A DNA stretch of 43,027 nt, from NCBI GenBank assembly GCA_043814255.1, contig JBDRKD010000060.1:1-43027 (forward strand). The letters run 5' to 3'. The notes beneath the pieces are model-generated. The model was not told the DNA's origin and did not search any database. It saw nothing but the letters and a program-made list of their open reading frames with translations. The translations under genes were made by a program, and so were the position numbers. Below are positions 9,601 to 17,770 of this stretch, in pieces; position 1 is the first letter of the stretch; every line of letters starts with the position of its first letter. The DNA is from Candidatus Micrarchaeota archaeon. Its GTDB lineage: Archaea > Micrarchaeota > Micrarchaeia > Burarchaeales > JAKAKT01.

Positions 9601-12600
9601 CCTGTGGAAGCCTATGACCTGAATTGGCAGATAAACGTGAGCATGAGTGCATTTGATCCATCCCCGCTGAACACAAACGTAAGCAAGATGGTGTGCTTCA
9701 ATAACCACGGGGCAGTTCCCAAGATACTGCGCATAACGCCTCCGATTGTAGCGACTTATACTATCGCCGAGGGGGTTCCCTGGAACCCGCCAGATGGCCA
9801 TCACAACGTCTGGGTCCGTGACTCAGGCACCGGCGTGCTGACATGCCCCCACACGTTGTATGTCCCCCCAAATCCCTCCGAATACACCGAAGGCAATATC
9901 ATTGGTTTTGGCTGCGATACAGGGGCATATGAGCTGGTTGAGACCTTGGGCGATACCTGGCGCGGGTCAATACCAGGCGCGGAAGTATCATACCTTGACG
10001 CAATTGGAGTTGGCTGTAATGTCCCGCATACAATCATGACTAATGCAGTTCCTACGGTATTAGCGCCACCTGCTCCAGTCTCCGCACCTGCCCCGGTCAT
10101 CGCAGGAGCAAACTATATCCAACTCTACACCGATAACGGCGGTGTCTCGAGGCAACTGAGACACGCATATTTCGGCAACGCTGTGCAGTTCGGCCTTGTG
10201 CCCCCACCAGTAACGCAGACATTCACGGAAACCAATGTAATTCCAGTGAACACCAGTTCGCCCTTCACATTCACAGATGACCTTCCAACCAATGTCGTTT
10301 CCGCTGTGATGGACATCACATACAACGATTGCGGCGAACTTTACATAAACGGTGCATTTGTGCACGGGAGCTCTGCAGCAGCCCCAACAGCCCCATTCTT
10401 CTGCAACCTAACAGGACCAGCAACGTTCAACGGAATCAACATAATGCCGTTCCTAAACCCAGCGGGGGTAAACACATTTGATTTAATAATGAACAATACG
10501 GTAGGGGGGGACAACGGCTACCAAATCGATATAGCACTGACGTTCTCATCACAACCGATTACAGATGTAGTCCTCCATCCAGGGGACCCAATCTCCTGGG
10601 TGAATCTCGCGGCATGCGGCGGGGACGTCATAGATGTGGAAACATATCTGGAGCCAGTTGAATTGAACATCAGTGCGAAGACAATAGAGTGCTACAATGT
10701 TACAGTCCCTGGGACATATACTGTACAGGACATATCCACCCCGTCAATAGGCTCAATGCAGATAATAGCCGCCGTTGGAGCGGCATTGGGCACGGATTAC
10801 GTCCACCTGATGAGGCTCTCTTCGGATGCGACAGACATCCTGACCACACCCCACAGCACAGTCCGCTGGCACAGTGCAGATGGAGCGGCATACTACCTGC
10901 AGACAATGACCGGGAATGTCACAATTCCAGGGGACTACATCTGGAGCCCGGTAGCATACGGAACGAGCATAATAAACGAGACGCAGACAGGTGCATCCTG
11001 GAGGGTGACTGCCGCGGCAGGGAACTACAGCCAGAGTGTTTTCTACCCAACAAACGTATTCAACCCACCAACAGCTCTCATAAGGCCGGCAACATCAGTA
11101 TGCTTCAGGAACAACGACACAATGGCCCGAACAATCTCGCTGTGCAGATACTTGCCCAACTACACAATCACAGCCCCGCCATGCGATGAATTCTGCAATG
11201 TTTCTTTCCCAACTTATATTAATAATTGGGTGGATCACCCCGCATCCCCTGGCGCAGGATCTACTGATACCTATATTATCAATAACTGGATATACCTAGA
11301 TCCCCAAGATCCTCCGCCTTCCAGCGCAACACTAACTATACTATATGACGATTGCGGAAGCATGCGCATAAACAATGTTCCGGTACCTGCAATGACTGAT
11401 ACTACCTGCCCAACGAATCCACCTGGATGCCCTCCCGCAGGTCCTGTTCCGTGTGGTGATTGGACAGTTGGAGATGTTGCTGCTTACTTGCATGTTGGCT
11501 GGAACAGCATAAGAATAGATGTACTTGATTCATATGGTGCGGACATTGGTTACATAATGGACATCAATGCTCCGCGCAACTACCCGACATGGTCCAGGGC
11601 ATTCGCTACTGGGGAGACCTGGTGCATGGACCCGTCCACATTGCCTGATTACGATCATTCAGTCTGCCCGGACTACAACGGTCCGCCCGCACCGCCTGTG
11701 GCCATATTCAACTTCTCGGACAACGAGACTGCTGACAAGCTGTTGGTCAATCTCACAAACATCTGCGATGGCTCAGAGGTCAAGAGGATATCCGAGAAGC
11801 TCAACAGGTTCGATGATGATATATTCCAGATGCCTGAATTCAACATCTACCCATCATACAACGAGCACGGTCCCTGCTGGCCATCCATAGTGACTTCAGA
11901 AGTGGACCAGACAAATCCGGCATGCATCTGCGCCCAGCTTGAGACAATAACAAGGGAATGCGAGAACTGCACAACTGCACTTGCAGTTGTTTACCCTGAC
12001 CAGAGGGAGCCGTATGTAAACAGCGTCTTCGGCATGTGCGCAGACGATGCAGACATCGCCGCACTGTTCATCGATGCAAACCACCTAATCACAACCCAGC
12101 TCCCGGGTATATGTGATATAAACTGCAACTGCAACTTCACAATGTTCTGGGACAACATAGCTGATTTCAGCAGCTACATACTATACAACTATGGCAAGCC
12201 ATCCACAATCCTTGCTTTCAAGATGGAGGAAAATCCTGCCGCCTGCTGGGACAATGAGACAATAGGGCGGTTGTTCGAGGAGTTCTATCAAGTTCCAGTC
12301 ACGCAACTGGCAGGAAAGGGGCTATTCGGTCTCTCATATGCGTGCTTTGATGATAGGACACTTGCAGGCGATTGTTTCATCCACCTCCCGCCAAACCCAT
12401 CCCCCGCTGGAAAGGCGCTCACAACCGGCGCAAGCAGGGTGCAGCCAGAATTCGATGCATGGTATGGGAAATGTGGGGCGTATTACTATAACTCAGAAGG
12501 GCTTACGATGACGACATTCTCCGGGAACGATACAAACACCACAGTATGCGACAGCTCTCGCATCATGGACCTGTATCAGGAGTATAAGTGCTATGCGGAT

Positions 12601-12603
12601 TAG
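6616..12603 (+). CDS. Giant (~1995 aa) secreted or lipid-anchored Cys-rich, sequon-rich surface protein
   Basis: Start moved from the track's 6523 to ATG 6616 (ATGA overlap with the upstream stop, GAGGAG at 6608-6613). This gives MMKNTIPLLFAFLLLAGC, a lipobox-type signal. It has a Cys-dense N-terminal region, dozens of N-x-S/T sequons, a degenerate repeated strand motif and two YDDCG-type modules. The uninterrupted ~6-kb frame is itself strong coding evidence. Confidence 0.9.
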   Translation: MMKNTIPLLFAFLLLAGCFNMTPRTDTPDEVIVTITSTKNCTDANCTCLVEERRGRYQWWTCEVGYGVGGAFAEAGIYNSTQGDYCEDIRVGGLPSRVCLSYVTVDPWYWVKADCTWTCGDKWFASCAPPFGGWHSGQCELKCIQYCGWPTPFGCAGRCHCHGIKESRAQPCPLITTDFDCTCLRYTGSVGEVPCMGTGPAGVGCEVIGPALYIDIFGTTVPFCCRLNCTDIVPASYMCHNQTSGSDMFFQKCSIHYEGSLQGGRFHVVNPCNATAMQNIVQDPLREIPFFMIGQGATLDAFLRAKEYCSPLHKYEYTIELGDTVFHPPGLNITNTSRICFESDNVAHDLLLDGGANGSFNLTKHICIDDLVINTPATERHVMSHRFTGETCDIDVSADGHLYVDEGNFTPQYLIYPEGTSLEIHNTGSTNRQLNMWDNQWGVGAAVTTNIASYSSAFPIVTAIGPNLFQDADSNHSAMVFILSNEKNVTVNGGGMSPAEIAIRQGERVCFTCATAVGHILSIYEMASPSDLIFYENKTLGASDICCWRPPPGTYFINDTTINANIMLYVTDKKTTYAVQLQDYHFNPPVLALPNGTAVCFENPSDFARDVEVRELGHTIHIAAKNENCTYIPALDLQHIDDPYTTSNMSIVIYSNLSTFVNISGIGAQPQFIQTSPGGKLCFANLDNIPHDVTSLGAVDACLPWGGNPPAPGTLTILPNEMDCFDIVDPGVFYFYEYSERMDPQTGNFTITNTTVTVTASHPGNYTFFIQKEPPVNGSIQPPSHYLLSNDTLTWANCNSTHPWTIVANKNLSEVPIPMNVPASSMTDWTDLIVGSSELTLVHAGEMNLTARIFVSDKESFSEKLDYLYTGPATKNNASIHLAIQWLAGDIGDYTLWLTRFILGERAITSFPTGLRNRILVTLYPEDTFVETIRIPSGSNMTWINVDDEAHWVTTLWNGISSWIQPYGMIGDRIAEFDMLAGMYILSEPSSGITYPVEAYDLNWQINVSMSAFDPSPLNTNVSKMVCFNNHGAVPKILRITPPIVATYTIAEGVPWNPPDGHHNVWVRDSGTGVLTCPHTLYVPPNPSEYTEGNIIGFGCDTGAYELVETLGDTWRGSIPGAEVSYLDAIGVGCNVPHTIMTNAVPTVLAPPAPVSAPAPVIAGANYIQLYTDNGGVSRQLRHAYFGNAVQFGLVPPPVTQTFTETNVIPVNTSSPFTFTDDLPTNVVSAVMDITYNDCGELYINGAFVHGSSAAAPTAPFFCNLTGPATFNGINIMPFLNPAGVNTFDLIMNNTVGGDNGYQIDIALTFSSQPITDVVLHPGDPISWVNLAACGGDVIDVETYLEPVELNISAKTIECYNVTVPGTYTVQDISTPSIGSMQIIAAVGAALGTDYVHLMRLSSDATDILTTPHSTVRWHSADGAAYYLQTMTGNVTIPGDYIWSPVAYGTSIINETQTGASWRVTAAAGNYSQSVFYPTNVFNPPTALIRPATSVCFRNNDTMARTISLCRYLPNYTITAPPCDEFCNVSFPTYINNWVDHPASPGAGSTDTYIINNWIYLDPQDPPPSSATLTILYDDCGSMRINNVPVPAMTDTTCPTNPPGCPPAGPVPCGDWTVGDVAAYLHVGWNSIRIDVLDSYGADIGYIMDINAPRNYPTWSRAFATGETWCMDPSTLPDYDHSVCPDYNGPPAPPVAIFNFSDNETADKLLVNLTNICDGSEVKRISEKLNRFDDDIFQMPEFNIYPSYNEHGPCWPSIVTSEVDQTNPACICAQLETITRECENCTTALAVVYPDQREPYVNSVFGMCADDADIAALFIDANHLITTQLPGICDINCNCNFTMFWDNIADFSSYILYNYGKPSTILAFKMEENPAACWDNETIGRLFEEFYQVPVTQLAGKGLFGLSYACFDDRTLAGDCFIHLPPNPSPAGKALTTGASRVQPEFDAWYGKCGAYYYNSEGLTMTTFSGNDTNTTVCDSSRIMDLYQEYKCYAD

Positions 12604-12623
12604 TAGGGGTAGTAGGTGATTTG

Positions 12624-14984
12624 ATGGCAATGCTCAGTGGCGATGATTGGAAGAGCAATCTTGCTCTTATTGTAGGCGGGGCCATATTGCTTTCGCTCCT
12701 GGCGTACGTATGCACCCACAGCTGCCCTGCTGGTTCAACATGGGACTTCAATAAATCATGCTGCGTTGATGCGTTCGGCAACTGCATAACGAAATGTTTC
12801 CCAGATGTTCTTGATGCGGCTTGTGACGCAAAGTGCCCATGCCACCCTGTTGGAAACCCATGTTCATGCGGATGCGGAAACCTGGTCTGCGAGCCGGGCA
12901 TTGGGGAGGATTGCAACACGTGCCCAGGGGATTGCGGCGTATGCCCCCCTCCGGTTGTTATAACTCCATGTACCCACAACGGCATGCCCTGCGTTGCAAG
13001 TGGAGAATGTTGTTCAAGTAACTGCAACCCACCTGGTTCCGTATGCTGCCCAGGAGGAACACAATGGAGCGGTGCCCTCTCATGCTGTGCAGATCTCATC
13101 AGCGGGATATGCAACTGCTATGGGAATGGCGTTATCTGCGGTGCACCGGCAGAATGCTGCACAGGCAACTGCGACAACAGCCACTGCTGCCCTGTCGGAA
13201 CGATCTGGAATGCAACTGAGAACTGCTGCCAGAACCCTGCAGGCGTATGCGTCTGCTACGGAAAGGGCTCCAGTTGTGCAGGGGATCCTGATTGCTGCGG
13301 TGCACTCTATTGCAGTAACCTGCACTGCTGCCAAGGTTCTGACTATTGGAATGCCGGCCTCTCATGCTGTGCGGATTTGACAACAAACCTATGCTCATGT
13401 TTGGGAAGGTCCCAGCTATGCACAATGCCCGACGAATGCTGCTCAGGAAACTGCGATTCCGGACACTGCTGCCCAACAGGCACAGTATGGGATTCTGTTG
13501 ATAGCTGCTGCAAGAACGCTGCCGGTTCGTGCGTAGGTATGGGGGACTGGGACTGGTATTGCCTAGGAGGCGACGTTAACCTGAGTGCCCTCCCGCCGCC
13601 AACATGCGGAAGCGGTGCGTGCGACCCTGGCGAGACGTGTGCGAGCTGCCCAGGAGACTGCGGTATCTGTCCTACATGCAACGGAAACGGGGTATGCGAT
13701 GTTGGCGAGAACTGCCTCAACTGCCCAGGGGATTGCAGTGTAACTGTCCCTCCAGCTCCTGATTTCTCCCAAACGGTTTCCGAGCAATACGCAACCTCAG
13801 CAGGCAACAACTCAGCCTATTCATTCATAATAACCGTCCCAGTAGGCACAATCAACACAGCAACAATGGACATACGATATGATGACTGCGGGTCAACATC
13901 AATAAACGGAGTGCCTGCTCACGGGGCATATCCATGCGGCACAAATGCAGTGTGGGTGTATGGGATAGACATAACTCCCAACGTACACACTGGCGTCAAC
14001 GTATTCAACCTCATGGTTCATGATACTATAGGGGGCTTTATAGGGTATGATGCGATAATCACAGTCACATACTCTCCAAACACCGAGTGTTGCGGCGATG
14101 GTGCGTGCACAGGCACCGAGACCTGCGTTACATGTACGGGGGACTGCGGGTCTTGTTGCAACGGGGACGGGTTGTGCACAGGGGGCGAGACATGCCTGAC
14201 ATGCCCTGCAGACTGTGCAAACACATACACCCCCTCTCCAGTCACAAAGAGCCTTGTCGTTGTCTCTGCCCCATCAACCCAATGGGATACCGGAACATTC
14301 CTTGAGAACGTCACAATCCCGCCATACCCAATGAGCACGGCCCAATTCACATCAATCTGGTATGATGATTGCGGTACAGTGGAGATAAACGACTTGCTTG
14401 CACACCAGGAGCCGGACTGCAGTGGTTCAGCAACCCCGACATACACAAACATAGATGTCAGGCCATACACATTCCCCGCGTGGAACATCCTGCGCTTCGA
14501 TGTTCAGGACACCCGCACAGGAGGCGCCATAGGCTATAATGTTGATTTCGAAGCGACATTCGCCCCTGTCAGCACTTGCTGCGGAGATGGGATTTGCGAG
14601 GGGCCGGAGACGTGCACCAACTGCCCTGCAGACTGCACAGCACCACCAATAGACATCTCCCAGACATTGGCGTTCTCTGAGGCCAGTGCTATGGGGACCA
14701 TAAGAACATACACAGAAGTACTTACACTATCAAACAACCGCATAAGCACCGCCACAATGGATGTCTGGTATGATGACTGCGGCCAGACGAAATTGAATGG
14801 TTTCATCGTCCACGACAACTTCCCGTGCTCGACACTGGCAACGCCGAAGCAATTCGGCATAGATATGGTTCCATTCCTAGTCCCGGGAAACAATGTTTTC
14901 GAGTTCTGGACAAACGATTCACACGGAGGGGGGAACATCGGCTATGATGTAGATGTAGTAGTAAACTACGCTCCGTGCACATAA
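12624..14984 (+). CDS. Modular Cys-rich surface protein (786 aa): TM/signal anchor, CGxGxC motifs, 4 knottin-like repeats, 3 YDDCG modules
   Basis: ATG at 12624 preceded by AGGTGA at 12614-12619 (the track start 12588 overlaps the upstream gene). Hydrophobic anchor LALIVGGAILLSLLAYV. Internal repeats are described under findings. Confidence 0.88.
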   Translation: MAMLSGDDWKSNLALIVGGAILLSLLAYVCTHSCPAGSTWDFNKSCCVDAFGNCITKCFPDVLDAACDAKCPCHPVGNPCSCGCGNLVCEPGIGEDCNTCPGDCGVCPPPVVITPCTHNGMPCVASGECCSSNCNPPGSVCCPGGTQWSGALSCCADLISGICNCYGNGVICGAPAECCTGNCDNSHCCPVGTIWNATENCCQNPAGVCVCYGKGSSCAGDPDCCGALYCSNLHCCQGSDYWNAGLSCCADLTTNLCSCLGRSQLCTMPDECCSGNCDSGHCCPTGTVWDSVDSCCKNAAGSCVGMGDWDWYCLGGDVNLSALPPPTCGSGACDPGETCASCPGDCGICPTCNGNGVCDVGENCLNCPGDCSVTVPPAPDFSQTVSEQYATSAGNNSAYSFIITVPVGTINTATMDIRYDDCGSTSINGVPAHGAYPCGTNAVWVYGIDITPNVHTGVNVFNLMVHDTIGGFIGYDAIITVTYSPNTECCGDGACTGTETCVTCTGDCGSCCNGDGLCTGGETCLTCPADCANTYTPSPVTKSLVVVSAPSTQWDTGTFLENVTIPPYPMSTAQFTSIWYDDCGTVEINDLLAHQEPDCSGSATPTYTNIDVRPYTFPAWNILRFDVQDTRTGGAIGYNVDFEATFAPVSTCCGDGICEGPETCTNCPADCTAPPIDISQTLAFSEASAMGTIRTYTEVLTLSNNRISTATMDVWYDDCGQTKLNGFIVHDNFPCSTLATPKQFGIDMVPFLVPGNNVFEFWTNDSHGGGNIGYDVDVVVNYAPCT

Positions 14985-15001
14985 TCATAAAAGTGCATTC
15001 A

Positions 15002-17770
15002 TCAAGCGCTCCAGTATCTTTTTGTTTTTATGAAGTTCTTCTGAGCTTCCAGCAGATCTATTAAAAGCAAATCCTCACCCCTATGGATTCTCGCGAGCAC
15101 CCTTGCCGCAGTATCTGCCCCAACCCCGTAAACAGAGAGCGCAATAGCGCCTCTCCTCCCATATGCGTCAAGCAGGCTCGCAGTTCTCATGAGCTCCGCA
15201 ACGGTTTTCCTTTCCTCCTTGTTCCTCTTCTCCTTTTTCTTCCTAAACGCTTTCTCATCCTTTTCACCCGCAAGCCCCATCAGCGAGCTCCCGCAATGCT
15301 CACATTTTATGCTCTTTCCCATGTTCTCAAGTTTCCTGTAAGCGATTCTTCCGCAATAGGTACACAGCATCCTAACTCTTTTCTGAAGAAGTCCTTTCTT
15401 GAACGCTTTGAGCACCTCTGAAGCAGGCTCAAGCGGGGAGATGAGTTCCGAAGCGCTTATCCTGACAACCGCAGCCCTCCCAAGCGGGGAAAGTTGCGGG
15501 ACATTGTTTGAGATAACCCTTATCTTCCCCTCTCCAATCCTCTTCAACAGCCAGTCGCAGGCCCCGACATCAAGGTAGTTGCAGAACATCTCCCTCATAG
15601 TCTCCTCATAAACAGGCGTATCCCTTAGGTATTCGATGACCCTCTGGCTAACCCTCGCGTCCTCTGAAAACACCCCAAACGCCCTCCCAACATGTATGAA
15701 TTTGCGCCTGAACAGCGATGAGCGTGAAATGCTTTTCTCAAGAATTCCCCGAACCCCTCCAAGGCCCCTAAGCATAGTTGCAACCCTAGTTGCTTTCACA
15801 GGATGCGGCAGGAGCAGTGCAATCCTATAGGCATCAATCTCTGCCCTCACACTAGACCCTAGGCTGGACGTGAGCAATTCCGAGAGGGCCCTCCCAAGTG
15901 CCTCGTTTCCCTTTGAGCCAAGGCAAGAGTGTATGACAACAACATCCTCGCACCCCTCAATAAACACGGTCCTGTCATCCGGCATGAATTCCTGCTTCGA
16001 GAGCACACGCTTCACTTTCCCAAGGCATTCCGGGCAGATGTCGATTGAATCAACATGTCTCCTCAGCGTAGCCACTCTCTGGGAGATTTTGAAAGGGACA
16101 GGTATCTCCTCCCCTATCCAGTCAGGTATCGCAGACTCAAAGCTCTCGGAAGGCTCGACAACAATCTCCTCATCATTCACATCCAAAACCTTCCAGGGGA
16201 TCCCTTTGGTGATGAACGTGCTTCCTCTCTCAAGCGAACTGGCGAACGCGTCATCCAGGCTTGAGATGAACCTGTTCGTAGCGGCGTTCTTTACTGGTAT
16301 CTTCTTCTGTTTCGGAATCATGCTGAGGTTTCCGAAGTAGTATTCAAATGTCTTGCTCCCCTTTCCAAGAACGTTATCTCTGCCAACCCACAAGCACCTC
16401 TGCCTTTTCAACTGTTGCGCTACGGAAGCCAACACCTCAAGAGACGTTCTTTCGTACAGCCCAGCCCCTTTCACAACAGCAAGCGCATCCTCCAAGCCAA
16501 TAGAACCCCAATCCATAACAAGGCCGACAAGCTGGTGCGCAAGCACATCGAGCGCCCCAGTCTGCATGTTCTCGCTTTCCACAGCTCCCTCCATGGCGCT
16601 GTTTATCACAGCAACAGATTCCAGCACATCATCCGAATCACTCGCTATGATGATTCCCTTGGGCGTTTTCCCGATTGCATGCCCGCTCCTCCCGACCCTC
16701 TGCACAAGCCTGCCTGCCTGCCTGGGGGACATGTACTGCACGACGAGGTCGACATTACCTATATCCACCCCAAGCTCCATGGAAGATGTTGCAATCAGTC
16801 CCTTTAGTTTCCCCTGTTTGAACTCCTTCTCCATGATGATTCTCTCATCCTTGGCAAGTGAGCCGTGATGCACAGAAACCTTACCAACCTTTTCCCCAAG
16901 TTCCTTCTCAAGGACCCTCATTCTGGAGGCGAGTATCTCCCCTATCTTCCTTGTGTTCACGAAAAGCAGTGTCGCCTTATGCCCAACACATAGTTCATGC
17001 AGGCGCACAAGCCTTGCAGTGGAGCCGGTATCCAATGAGAGTCTCTCAGACAATTCATCATGTTTCCGAAGGGGTTTCGGGCACTCCAGCGAAATATCCA
17101 TCTTCCGCGTTGTTCCCGCGCTCGCTATAACATACTTCCTTCTCCCGAAAAGGAACCGAGAAACGGTTTCAGGTTCCGCCACAGTTGCGCTCAAGCCAAT
17201 CCTCTGGAATTCACGGCCTTTCTTTTTCACAAGCCGCTCAAGCCCAAGCGCGAGTTGCGCACCCCTCTTATTTGAGAAGAGTTCATGCACTTCGTCTATA
17301 ATCACATGCTCAACCCCCTCAAGCGCTTTCCCAATTCTCTTGGCAGGAAGCAGCGCCTGCAATGTTTCTGGGGTAGTAATCATCACCTGCGGCGGGTTCT
17401 TCGATTGCCTGGTGCGCTCACTAGGGCTCGTGTCACCATGCCGTACAGAAACAGATATGCCTAGTTTGGAGCACCACCACTCAACGCGTTCCACAATGTC
17501 CCTATTCAGCGCCCTCAATGGGGTTATGTACAGGACACGTATCCCCTTATCTCCCCCCTCCAATTTGCTCAGTATCGGAAGTATCGTTGCCTCCGTCTTC
17601 CCCCACCCCGTAGGGGCGATGATGAGAACGTTCTTCCCCTCAGCCACAAGTGGCATGGAGCTTTTCTGTATCCCAGTCAAACTAGAGAACCCCTTTTTCT
17701 TCATCAGAGCGAGTAATCTCCCGGAGAGTATTTCCCCCATAAAAGGAACAACCCCAAAACAGTTATTCAT
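15002..17770 (-). CDS. lhr: Lhr-type superfamily-2 DEAD/DEAH-box helicase
   Basis: Helicase motifs APTGWGKTE (I), DEVHE (II), LSATV (III), QRVGRSGH (VI). ~920 aa with a long C-terminal extension that includes a CxxC...CxxC ribbon (CTYCGR...CEHCGS), as in archaeal Lhr proteins. Confidence 0.85.
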   Translation of the reverse strand: MNNCFGVVPFMGEILSGRLLALMKKKGFSSLTGIQKSSMPLVAEGKNVLIIAPTGWGKTEATILPILSKLEGGDKGIRVLYITPLRALNRDIVERVEWWCSKLGISVSVRHGDTSPSERTRQSKNPPQVMITTPETLQALLPAKRIGKALEGVEHVIIDEVHELFSNKRGAQLALGLERLVKKKGREFQRIGLSATVAEPETVSRFLFGRRKYVIASAGTTRKMDISLECPKPLRKHDELSERLSLDTGSTARLVRLHELCVGHKATLLFVNTRKIGEILASRMRVLEKELGEKVGKVSVHHGSLAKDERIIMEKEFKQGKLKGLIATSSMELGVDIGNVDLVVQYMSPRQAGRLVQRVGRSGHAIGKTPKGIIIASDSDDVLESVAVINSAMEGAVESENMQTGALDVLAHQLVGLVMDWGSIGLEDALAVVKGAGLYERTSLEVLASVAQQLKRQRCLWVGRDNVLGKGSKTFEYYFGNLSMIPKQKKIPVKNAATNRFISSLDDAFASSLERGSTFITKGIPWKVLDVNDEEIVVEPSESFESAIPDWIGEEIPVPFKISQRVATLRRHVDSIDICPECLGKVKRVLSKQEFMPDDRTVFIEGCEDVVVIHSCLGSKGNEALGRALSELLTSSLGSSVRAEIDAYRIALLLPHPVKATRVATMLRGLGGVRGILEKSISRSSLFRRKFIHVGRAFGVFSEDARVSQRVIEYLRDTPVYEETMREMFCNYLDVGACDWLLKRIGEGKIRVISNNVPQLSPLGRAAVVRISASELISPLEPASEVLKAFKKGLLQKRVRMLCTYCGRIAYRKLENMGKSIKCEHCGSSLMGLAGEKDEKAFRKKKEKRNKEERKTVAELMRTASLLDAYGRRGAIALSVYGVGADTAARVLARIHRGEDLLLIDLLEAQKNFIKTKRYWSA

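Noticed and set aside
12563-13810. Minus-strand ORFs 12563..13114, 13132..13476 and 13343..13810
   Set aside because: They are antisense to the repeat-rich Cys-coding region. Stop-free antisense frames are expected from the biased codon content (TGC/GGC/CCN). No start context or motifs.
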